Positions 1 through 8,479 of a DNA stretch of 64,000 nt are shown here, in pieces. The stretch is taken from the NCBI GenBank assembly GCA_963663765.2, contig CAXXUA010000004.1, forward strand, positions 224,001 through 288,000, written 5' to 3'. Position 1 is the first letter of the stretch. Each line of letters starts with the position of its first letter. The notes beneath the pieces are model-generated. The model was given only the letters and a program-made list of their open reading frames with translations. It was not told the origin of the DNA and did no database searches. The position numbers and the translations under genes are program-made. The DNA comes from Candidatus Poribacteria bacterium (GTDB taxonomy: Bacteria; Poribacteria; WGA-4E; WGA-3G).

Positions 1-547
1 TTATACCTTTTGTTTCGTGTGTGAATTCAGTTTCGCTTTCAACAACTTCATAACTACCCTTAACCTTGATCCTGACTTTATCAGTAGTCGTTAAAGATTT
101 ACCTGTTAACCATTTATATGTACCTTCACATACTTTCACCTTGAGAGCAATAGTAGTATGGCGAGGTACTGGGTCCCCATCAATAATATCATCAAAATCA
201 TAAAATGGTTCAAATCCATCAATACCAGTTATGTTTGAAGACGCCTCTGAAGGTACCCAGTGTCCTCTGCAATAAGCGACGCGTTGAAGGGTATCACGAA
301 ACCCTCTATTATTGCAACACCAACCATAAACAAATTGATTGTGATACCAGGTGTAATTTTCGACCATTATTGCCAAGTTAACAGTACCGAAAAGCGTTTC
401 TTGGCTCTCAGTATAACGATCTCTTACCAGAATACCCACACCTCCATATGCGCTAACATTTTTTGCATCCAAGTAACCAACGAGATACCAACTTTCATTT
501 TCAACTTCTTCTCTGGCGTAATAATTTGCAAAGGCGCCTTCATTCAT
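1..547 (-). CDS. Partial hypothetical protein running off the left edge (MNEGAFANYYAREEVENESWYLVG...KVRIKVKGSYEVVESETEFTHETKGI)
   Basis: Manual translation: ATG at 547 overlaps the stop of the upstream ORF, and the frame stays open for 182 codons to position 1; absent from the ORF track because no stop lies in the window. Confidence 0.65.
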   Translation of the reverse strand, partial: MNEGAFANYYAREEVENESWYLVGYLDAKNVSAYGGVGILVRDRYTESQETLFGTVNLAIMVENYTWYHNQFVYGWCCNNRGFRDTLQRVAYCRGHWVPSEASSNITGIDGFEPFYDFDDIIDGDPVPRHTTIALKVKVCEGTYKWLTGKSLTTTDKVRIKVKGSYEVVESETEFTHETKGI

Positions 548-1664
548 TTAATATCTTCGTTTTAATAGCTTGAGCGTCAGGACTACCCGGATCATAAGGT
601 GCCGGTTTTTCAGAAAGTAAATTGTAGTTCTCATCAATATAAACAATTTCTATGCCTTTCGGATGAATCCCATGCCGAATAAGATTTTCCTTATCTTTAT
701 CGGACAATGGTGTTCCCCATAGTGTTGTAGCAGGACCATTTCTACGTACATACGTAAGGTTTGGTTTTGTTGGTAGATAAGTATCACCTTCAACTATCAT
801 TCCTGTTACCTCTGGATTCTCTGCTTTCACATGTTTTAACGTCTCATGAAGCCAGATTTCTCGGTCAATAAAAGCGTTCTTATATTCTTCAAAAGTGGAA
901 GAGGGTTGTATACCGTATTTTCCAGATGCCCATATCTCAGGGGTCTTTGCACGTTGTTCTAGGACATGTCTTGCTCCTAAATAGACTTCATAATCAAGAA
1001 ATTCCTCAAATCGCGCACCTTTATCTAAGAAAGTTTGTATCCACTCTGATCGGGGATACTTATCATCTATTCCTTTCGCTTTAGCATCACTACCGCCGGA
1101 AAAACGGTTATACGTTTCATCAAATTCTTCCGTGATAGCTTGGGGCACCTGTGGGCCTTCGTAACGTGGTGACTGAACTACTCCAGGCGGATTATTTTCC
1201 CTTTCTATAGCTTCCTCAACGGGTCGAGCTTCCGCCGTTACTGGTACGCCCCATCCTTTTTTTCTCCAAAACTCAGCCGTACCAGTAAAAAACTTTCGGT
1301 ATTTTTCTTCTAGTTTTGCAAGTTTTTCTGGTGTATCAAATCCATTAATGTATACCTCACTAGGAATACCATCATTCCAACGGTTATATAATATCCGTGC
1401 GATAGATAATTTTACATTGGTGTCAATCCATTCTTTCCACGTTATTGTTGGTTTTTTTATTAACCTTTCAATAGTGCCAGGGGGAGATGGTTGTAAATGA
1501 GGATATTTTTTACGCAGAGTTTCTACTTTCGTATCTTCAGCAGAAGTAAGAGAACCTTTGTTTGCAAACGTGGATAATTTTGTATGATAGAAGAGAAAAA
1601 ATACTCCACCTACAATAAATAAAATAATAAGGATCGTAGAGAGCAAATGTTTCTTCAGTTTCAT
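540..1664 (-). CDS. Membrane-anchored hypothetical protein, paralogue of 37613-38965 and 40502-41911
   Basis: 374 aa ORF, AAGGAG RBS, N-terminal TM helix, shared motifs P..EW....L..G and L.......L...GI.PKG...VY.D. Confidence 0.85.
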   Translation of the reverse strand: MKLKKHLLSTILIILFIVGGVFFLFYHTKLSTFANKGSLTSAEDTKVETLRKKYPHLQPSPPGTIERLIKKPTITWKEWIDTNVKLSIARILYNRWNDGIPSEVYINGFDTPEKLAKLEEKYRKFFTGTAEFWRKKGWGVPVTAEARPVEEAIERENNPPGVVQSPRYEGPQVPQAITEEFDETYNRFSGGSDAKAKGIDDKYPRSEWIQTFLDKGARFEEFLDYEVYLGARHVLEQRAKTPEIWASGKYGIQPSSTFEEYKNAFIDREIWLHETLKHVKAENPEVTGMIVEGDTYLPTKPNLTYVRRNGPATTLWGTPLSDKDKENLIRHGIHPKGIEIVYIDENYNLLSEKPAPYDPGSPDAQAIKTKILNE

Positions 1665-1892
1665 GAATTTCTCCTTTCAAATTAACAAAATGTTGTGTCA
1701 ACTTTTCAAACTATTTTTCTGGTTTTGATGAATGAGTGCTGGTGTCTTGCCCATCAAAGCGACAAAACACCAGCATTAGTGAACCAACAATACAATAGAG
1801 TAGTTCGCTTTTTAACGAAAATACATACTAACTTTAGCAAAACAACACTTTCAACAGCAACTATTATTGATAATAGTTATCTATATAATCAT

Positions 1893-2453
1893 TAGTGTTG
1901 GTCACTTGCTTGCTTTGAAGTGAGCATACTTCCTTACCTGTTACTCCCATATCAAACGAATTCACAATTGCAATAGCTTTACCCCAATCACAATTTCCTT
2001 TAAACATTGCTTCTTTAGAGGGGTCAACTTTTACATCTACATATTCTCTCGTACCTTCTTCACCAATGGTTGCTTTCCAAGTTTTTCACTATTTTTGCAA
2101 ATTATACTATAGTTTCCTTGTTTTCGTCCAAACATGTCGGGATCCAGTTGATCAATGAGAGGTTATCAATCCCAGTCCCTATCTGATTTCAAAAGGGATC
2201 GAAAGGTCTCAAATCACGATACCCTACCTTTGAAACCCACATCATGACTGGGTACCAACATTTTCAAGGCATCTTTGTTATCGGAAAAAGCGATAAAATC
2301 GTAGTTTTTGTTTCCTTTTTCTTTGAAAGGTTCGTTCAAGTTCTGTGCTACCTTTTGAGGTATTATTTTCTCAATGCGGGTATGGGTTTGTGTGTGCTCA
2401 TAGTTGGTATGGTTTTCCACATTCATTGGACAAAAACAAGGTAGTTTGGACAT
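1893..2453 (-). pseudogene. Probable decayed gene fragments upstream of the membrane-anchored paralogue
   Basis: Short protein-like minus-strand pieces broken by stops (79 aa ORF plus a ...EEGTREYVDVKVDPSKEAMFKG... piece); no family recognised. Confidence 0.3.
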
Positions 2454-2765
2454 ATCCCGTTTGTTGCAAGTTAGTATTCAAAGGTGTTTCTATTTCTCTA
2501 CGAGTTTCACATATTCGTGAAACTGGAGAAAATACCGCACTCCAGCGTAGTGCTATGTGTTGGAACCCACATACCGCTCCGCTGGAGCGGAGTTGTTAGT
2601 TGACAATATGGCTATAAACATATTGCTCCGCTGGAGCAAAGAGAGATGCCGTTTTGTTCGTTGAGTATTGATTTGGTAACATAAGTGGTGAATCAATTTC
2701 GTATCAACTCATGATTGGAAAAAACTGCCTAAACGATAGTAAGTTATACACGCGAATTTAATTTT

Positions 2766-3070
2766 TATATAACGACTTGTGCCAGTTAACCCATTGTTTT
2801 CAAAGTTTTTACATATATTAGGTTTATAATGCACACATATCGTCCCTACCAAATCAACGCCAAATGCGCGTATGGCATTTGTCGGGACTAAAGAGGATGT
2901 ACTATGACGTTTTCTATAAACATATCGTCCCTACCAAATCAACGCCAAATGCGCGTATGGCATTTGTCGGGACTGAAGATCGTTTCAAACTATGAAAGAC
3001 ACCTGCGAAACGTCATACTTATGTGAAACAATGATTAACATATAGTTATTTAGCACAACTCGTTTATATA
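2766..3070. mobile_element. MITE-like element (ends TATAACGACTTGTGC / GCACAACTCGTTTATA) carrying CGTCCCTACGGGAC palindromes, with two 34-bp micro-inserts
   Basis: Near-identical to 16477-16711 except for inserts at 2850-2883 and 2935-2968. Confidence 0.75.
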
Positions 3071-3236
3071 GTGAAATATACAATTAAGTTTACACTTGTT
3101 CTGTAGGCGGGGAATGCCAATAGGCATTCATACAGTTGATTTCGATCTCCGAATCGCGACTGAACGCCTTGATAGTCGGGAATCGGAGTTCCCTCCTACA
3201 CCTGAATGTGTAAAAATAATTCTAAAATCTACTATA
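3068..3236. mobile_element. MITE-like element with TATAGT...ACTATA ends enclosing a GTAG-type REP doublet
   Basis: Inverted ends; a similar-ended element lies at 36116-36239. Confidence 0.5.
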
Positions 3237-3286
3237 AAATTAAATTCTAACAAACTTTTACAACGACATAAAAATTTTAATAGGGT

Positions 3287-3439
3287 CAGGACTTACGCAG
3301 TTTTCATGATTTGATGAAGAATTATGACGAAAATGGTGTAATTTTCAGCATTTTTTCGGTTTCCAGCGCCAAATCAAGAAATCAACGGTATGAATGTCAT
3401 TTAGGCATTCCCCGCCTACCGTTGGGTGCGTAAGTCCTC
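3287..3439. mobile_element. MITE family A (TIR CAGGACTTACGCA), 5-bp TSD AGGGT, inserted in the TIR of a family B element
   Basis: TIRs and direct repeat read from sequence; 10 complete copies in window. Confidence 0.85.
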
Positions 3440-3440
3440 A

Positions 3441-3623
3441 GGGTGTGTAAAGTCTTGGTTACTATGCGTAAGGGCGGGGTTTCCCCGCCCGATCAAAAAC
3501 TTTACACAGGCGAGGAAACCTCGCCCCTACGATGTCCACAGTTCGCTAACGTCCATCAAGTTTTGATAGAAACTTGATGGACTTCTTTTAATATCAGTGT
3601 TTCTACAAAAACTTTACACACCC
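3441..3623. mobile_element. MITE family B (TIR GGGTGTGTAAAGT), 9-bp TSD ATTTTAATA
   Basis: TIRs, internal GTAG/CTAC palindromes; a reverse copy begins at 24307. Confidence 0.8.
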
Positions 3624-3651
3624 ATTTTAATAAAATTCCTCTGATACTGTC

Positions 3652-5289
3652 TCAATTTACTCGAATGATTCGCCGACCTGTGAAAGTTTGACCAAACATA
3701 TCAGTTGTACGAACGTAGATCACATGTGTACCTTTAGGAACGTCCGCAGGAAGTGTAGCTTGCCAGATGTGCATTGACTTTGTAACACCGTATAGAAGTG
3801 CTTTTCCTGTTTGTGGTGATTCAATATCTTCTTTCAGTAATGATTTCATAGTTTCTCGGAAGGAATTAAACAGTTTCCGTTCACGGTGGATTGCATCATC
3901 TCGTGCCTTTAGTAATTTATAGTATGGGTCTTTCTGCGGTGTGAAAGACATCGGTTTCCATTCCCCACCTTTACCCAGACGAAATTCAACCTTTGAACGT
4001 TTGTTTCCACCAAATACGTTTACAAGTACATCTGTATCACCAGTTTTTGTAGAAGCAACTTCCCATGGTGCAAATATGTTCATCTGATAGTTAGCAGGTC
4101 GCCGCGCTGCCTTAAACCGAATTGAATATTTGTTGCCACTGAATGTGAAGATACCATATCCGTTGGGTGCCCCGTCTCTCATAGTTGTGTGAGGAATGCC
4201 TACTTCATCAAGTGCACCCTGCCACCAGGTACCGGAAGTGGTTGCATGATTGTGGTGATGATGCGGGTCGTCTTCATGCAAACCGTCTTCTGCGCCGATA
4301 AAGTCATCCCGTTGAAAGTGTGTATGCGCTGACAACGATAAGGTGTGAGGACGATCTTCAAGTAGTTCCATTAGTTTCTTCAAGTCTTGCATCTGGGTCA
4401 ACGGAATATGCATGGAAACAACAACAAGCTTTTCTTTTGGAACAAAAGCAAGGTCATTTCTAATGAACGTCAACTGCCTTTCTCCTACCTCACTTCTGTA
4501 GGGAGGATTATCTTCTTTATCGGGTAGAAAATGGACATTATCAAAGTTGATAAAATGGACAGGTCCCCAGTCAAACGAATAACATGTCGGACCGTAAACC
4601 CGTTCAAATGTCTCATCAGCATAACGGTCATCGGTTGCACGACGGTTCATATCATGGTTACCGTAGACGTTGTACCATGGTATCCCTACGGTAGCAATCA
4701 CTTCATTAAGGGGTTGAAACAGGTTTAAATTGTCACCTACCAAATCACCGAGACTGAGTCCGAAAACTGCATCCGTGCTGATAACTTCTTCAATCACATC
4801 ATGAGCTAACCATTCAATCTCTTGCATATTTCTGGGTTGTGTGTCACCGAAAACGAGTACCTTGAAGGAATCAGGTTCGTGTTGTTTAATGAGTGGAAAA
4901 TCAATGGAGTTAGGTAATGGACCTGTGGGAGCAATGCCTTCGTACTTTAGTCCTTTTGGTGAGCCGTTCGGTTTGTGAATATAGTAAAATTTTGGGAGAT
5001 GGTTTTCATCAGTTGGTGTCATGTACCCACGTGGCTTAATGACAAATAGAATTGTGTCATCACTGACTTCAAGCGAGTATTTCCCATTTGCATCGGTTTG
5101 AACAACTTCCTGTCCATTAGAGACGCGAACACCTGACAAACCTTTTTCATTGGCATCCATCACTTGGTTGTCATTTGTATCCAGAAAAACAGAGCCAGTT
5201 GCGGTTGAATTTGCTGTTACTCTGTTTCCAATACAAGAAAAAATCGAGACAATTAATAAAACTACAAAAATCCATTGTTTGTAAAGCAT
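3652..5289 (-). CDS. Secreted calcineurin-like metallophosphoesterase
   Basis: Signal peptide; GDTQ, GDLV, GNHD and AHTH motifs; SGTWW...DGAPNGY. Confidence 0.9.
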   Translation of the reverse strand: MLYKQWIFVVLLIVSIFSCIGNRVTANSTATGSVFLDTNDNQVMDANEKGLSGVRVSNGQEVVQTDANGKYSLEVSDDTILFVIKPRGYMTPTDENHLPKFYYIHKPNGSPKGLKYEGIAPTGPLPNSIDFPLIKQHEPDSFKVLVFGDTQPRNMQEIEWLAHDVIEEVISTDAVFGLSLGDLVGDNLNLFQPLNEVIATVGIPWYNVYGNHDMNRRATDDRYADETFERVYGPTCYSFDWGPVHFINFDNVHFLPDKEDNPPYRSEVGERQLTFIRNDLAFVPKEKLVVVSMHIPLTQMQDLKKLMELLEDRPHTLSLSAHTHFQRDDFIGAEDGLHEDDPHHHHNHATTSGTWWQGALDEVGIPHTTMRDGAPNGYGIFTFSGNKYSIRFKAARRPANYQMNIFAPWEVASTKTGDTDVLVNVFGGNKRSKVEFRLGKGGEWKPMSFTPQKDPYYKLLKARDDAIHRERKLFNSFRETMKSLLKEDIESPQTGKALLYGVTKSMHIWQATLPADVPKGTHVIYVRTTDMFGQTFTGRRIIRVN

Positions 5290-5311
5290 ACGAACCCTCC
5301 TTATAAATGCA

Positions 5312-6253
5312 TTATTCCAATCCCCACTCTTTGCGAAGTTCCAGCATCGGTTTGTATTTCACACCTTTGTTGTAAAAATTACCCAGCCAACTACCATCTT
5401 CTCGGAAAAAGAAGCGATCGTCCTTTTCTTCTTTAGCAAGTTGATACCGTGTATCAATACTAATGCGGTAACGGTGAGATCGATTGGGAGCACTGCTGTG
5501 CATCATGTATAATCCAAAAATTACCACGTCACCCGGTTGGAAATGTGCAGTTGCCAGCGTGAATTCGAATTTGTCAACCATCTCACGCGGATTGGTACTG
5601 AACACGGCATCTGTCAAATCACTATCCATATCGGTCGCGCCGTAAGTAGACTTTATCTTATCATGCTGATGGGAACCGAGGCAGATGACGAGTGGACCAT
5701 TTTCCAGACCGATGTCTGTCAATGCACTCCACATCGTGTACCGGTTCTGTGTGCCGCGCCCAACGTATACGGTATCGTAGTGGAAATGGTTATGTCCACC
5801 TTTCGCCATACAACGCAGCCATCGTTTATCAAAGGTTATGACTGGTCCACCGAGAAATATTTCATAGAACCGCATTGTTTGCTTGCTATCAACAACATCA
5901 AGAATCGGTTTGGCATGCGCCACATCTGTTTGTCGAAAGAAGCTAAATGACCGATTTTCTTCACCAATTAAACCCTCTTCAACTGTCGTATCTGACTTTA
6001 ACCCACCACGTTGTTCAATAGCTTGTAATGTCCAATGTGCTGCTTTTTCAGCTTGTTCACGCTGATGGAAACCTCGTATAAAGAGATACCCATCCTCACG
6101 CATCCTTTCTTTTAGCGCATCAAGATTATTGAGAAGCGACGAAGAATCAACTAATTCAACTATGTCCTTACCAAATTGAAAACGATGCTCACCGAATTCA
6201 AATGATGTTCCTATTGGAATTTTTTCTGGCTTGTTCAATATCAATTTCGTCAT
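5312..6253 (-). CDS. Phytanoyl-CoA dioxygenase (PhyH) family 2OG-Fe(II) oxygenase
   Basis: DGYL motif, HYD...H facial triad, GDVVIF...H...N....RISID. Confidence 0.9.
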   Translation of the reverse strand: MTKLILNKPEKIPIGTSFEFGEHRFQFGKDIVELVDSSSLLNNLDALKERMREDGYLFIRGFHQREQAEKAAHWTLQAIEQRGGLKSDTTVEEGLIGEENRSFSFFRQTDVAHAKPILDVVDSKQTMRFYEIFLGGPVITFDKRWLRCMAKGGHNHFHYDTVYVGRGTQNRYTMWSALTDIGLENGPLVICLGSHQHDKIKSTYGATDMDSDLTDAVFSTNPREMVDKFEFTLATAHFQPGDVVIFGLYMMHSSAPNRSHRYRISIDTRYQLAKEEKDDRFFFREDGSWLGNFYNKGVKYKPMLELRKEWGLE

Positions 6254-6309
6254 AATTCTTTATTAAATTATGAAAACTACGTAAGTCCTGATTAATAGAA
6301 TTAAGGTTT

Positions 6310-7113
6310 TCAATCATAGTTGCTTGGTCGGTGATCACCGAGGAGCCTTCTCTGTCGTGGGTTCGCCTGTGCGAGAATCGATGCATCAAACTGAAATTTA
6401 TTGAGATACGGCGGGTATTTCTGTGTAATCATCCGCTGTGCATAGTGTACCTGCAAAAGATAACGGGTTTCGTCACTCGTATTGGCAGAACCGCGATGCC
6501 AAACTTCACTGCGAAAAAGTACCACGTCCCCTGATTTGCACAAAATACTCTCTTCCCCCCGATTATTCCACTCGGTTGCACCATTGGGTGAGCAACCAGA
6601 GAAATGGCTGCCCGGGACAAACTTTGTTGGTCCTAATTCCTCGGACATATCATTGAGATAGTAATGTGCGGTGGTAATGAAGATTGGGACTTTGACGCGT
6701 GGGTCAGAACGGATATCTGTTGGCAGAGAGATTGGAAGCCAATCTGTATGTAACCCCTGATCTGGACGCCCGGGGCCTGTCAACCACGATTGCATACCGA
6801 TACAATGACAATCGCCGCCATGCACTGCTTCGGCAACTTCAACAATCGGTGATTTGTCAAGGAATTGGAGATACAACACGTCTCGATTAAACGAGTTATT
6901 GATGATTTTATTGAGGAATCCATCACCATTTTGAGGTTTTTGGTGCCGATCCAAACATTCTGGAATCGCCTTTAAACGATCCATAGTAGCTCGCAATTCA
7001 GCGACTTCCTTGGCATCAAGTACATTGGGAAAATAGACATAACCATCCCTTTCCAGTGCATCAACTTGGCTTTCTAAATCGTTGTATGCAATGAGTGATA
7101 GTTCCTTCGCCAT
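6310..7113 (-). CDS. Phytanoyl-CoA dioxygenase (PhyH) family protein
   Basis: RDGYV, HTD, PGSH, GDVVLF...WHRGSAN; start placed at the ATG after AGGAGG. Confidence 0.9.
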   Translation of the reverse strand: MAKELSLIAYNDLESQVDALERDGYVYFPNVLDAKEVAELRATMDRLKAIPECLDRHQKPQNGDGFLNKIINNSFNRDVLYLQFLDKSPIVEVAEAVHGGDCHCIGMQSWLTGPGRPDQGLHTDWLPISLPTDIRSDPRVKVPIFITTAHYYLNDMSEELGPTKFVPGSHFSGCSPNGATEWNNRGEESILCKSGDVVLFRSEVWHRGSANTSDETRYLLQVHYAQRMITQKYPPYLNKFQFDASILAQANPRQRRLLGDHRPSNYD

Positions 7114-7238
7114 TTTTAGTCCTCCTTGAGGATTTAAAATTGTACAAAGTTTATTAATTAAACAAACGGACTGCTGCCTGTCCAATCGCCTGAATACAGC
7201 AAAACACCCTCAAAAGGTAGAGGTTAAGATTATTACCG

Positions 7239-7814
7239 TTATTCTGCTAATACAATGACACCGCAACCGATACGCATACCCGCAGCACCAGAAGGTTGTG
7301 AGGTAAAATCGTCCGCATCAGCATGGACTATAATACCTTTACCTACAACATCAATATCAGAACCGGTGCCGATTTCCCATAGATCAGAAGTCAATGTAAT
7401 ACTACCTGTTCCATCTTCTCCGACTGAGATATTCCCAATGTCTCCAAGATGAAACTCAGCTTCTCCCCACTTTCCGTGCGCAACACCTGTGGGATTCCAG
7501 TGGCCACCAGCAGATGTACCGTCGGGTGAGCTGCAATCACCGTTTTCGTGTATATGAACCGCATGAAGACCGGGGGATGCTCCCTGAATCTCAATCATGA
7601 GTGTGATTTGGTCGCCGTTTTGTGTGAAGATAGCTTCACCAGTTACACCACTGTCGTTTGATGAACCAATCATAGCGTTTGCTTGCTTTGCTGGCTCGGT
7701 TGTAATAACACCAGTCTGTCGGTGTACTCTTTCACAACCCACCAATATGACTGAAATACTAATAAATAGAAGAAATATAGACTTTACATATTTGGAAATT
7801 AATCCTATTTTCAT
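7239..7814 (-). CDS. sodC: Cu/Zn superoxide dismutase, lipoprotein
   Basis: Lipobox LVGC; HAVHIH, SAGGHWNP, HLGDIGNI, IVHADADD, RIGCGVI. Confidence 0.95.
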   Translation of the reverse strand: MKIGLISKYVKSIFLLFISISVILVGCERVHRQTGVITTEPAKQANAMIGSSNDSGVTGEAIFTQNGDQITLMIEIQGASPGLHAVHIHENGDCSSPDGTSAGGHWNPTGVAHGKWGEAEFHLGDIGNISVGEDGTGSITLTSDLWEIGTGSDIDVVGKGIIVHADADDFTSQPSGAAGMRIGCGVIVLAE

Positions 7815-7920
7815 TGTTTTTCCTTTGTTAGAGTATGTTAATCTAACGTGTGTTAGACATTAAAATTGTTAAACAAACTGCTTTAAGTTATGAAATGTTT
7901 CTAAAAGACCTCACTCATAT

Positions 7921-8322
7921 TTACTTGAGGGGTGTGCATAAGTAAATATAATTTTAAGCTTAAATCGTAGGTCGGGTGGAACGCAGTGTAACCCATAGGT
8001 GTCAACTTAAGAAAATATTGTTTGCATTTTCTCTTGTGGGAGGGGTTTTCAACCCCGATTTGAGCGGAAATGCACTAAAAAATCGGGGTTGAAAACCCCT
8101 CCCACAAGAGGTAAAATCCTTAAGTTGACACCTATGGGTGGAACGCAGTGTAACCCGACACAATCGTATCCAGTCTTACATGTCGGGTTTCGCAAACTCT
8201 ACACGACCTAAAAAATCTTGTCTTTTTGCACTAAGAGCGGTGTTCATCCACATATAGAAGTTTGTGACGTGTGTCACCATCTATGTTGATCCACAAGTTA
8301 TTTATGTACACCCCTCAAGTAA
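7921..8322. mobile_element. MITE-like element (TIR TTACTTGAGGGGTGT) hosting a nested family C element
   Basis: About 25-bp imperfect inverted ends. Confidence 0.65.
7995..8135. mobile_element. MITE family C (TIR ATAGGTGTCAACTTAAG) flanked by 21-bp direct repeat GGGTGGAACGCAGTGTAACCC
   Basis: Perfect 17-bp TIR; direct repeats at 7974-7994 and 8136-8156. Confidence 0.85.
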
Positions 8323-8479
8323 TTGGACCTTTCTATAGCACAACCTGTTAGGTTGTGCTACAACACACGCAGTGTCTTAAGTTTGCTAAACACATAGATC
8401 ATAGTGTTCAGGTAAATCTAAAATTTACTATAAATATATACGCTCCTTGAAAAAAAGGATTTCTTGTGTATATTATTCA

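Noticed and set aside
260-565. 101-aa plus-strand ORF
   Set aside because: Antisense to a longer open minus-strand frame coupled to the upstream gene
2214-2453. Selenoprotein by UGA readthrough
   Set aside because: The frame after the TGA closes again within about 15 codons (TGA TAA) and there is no redox-motif context
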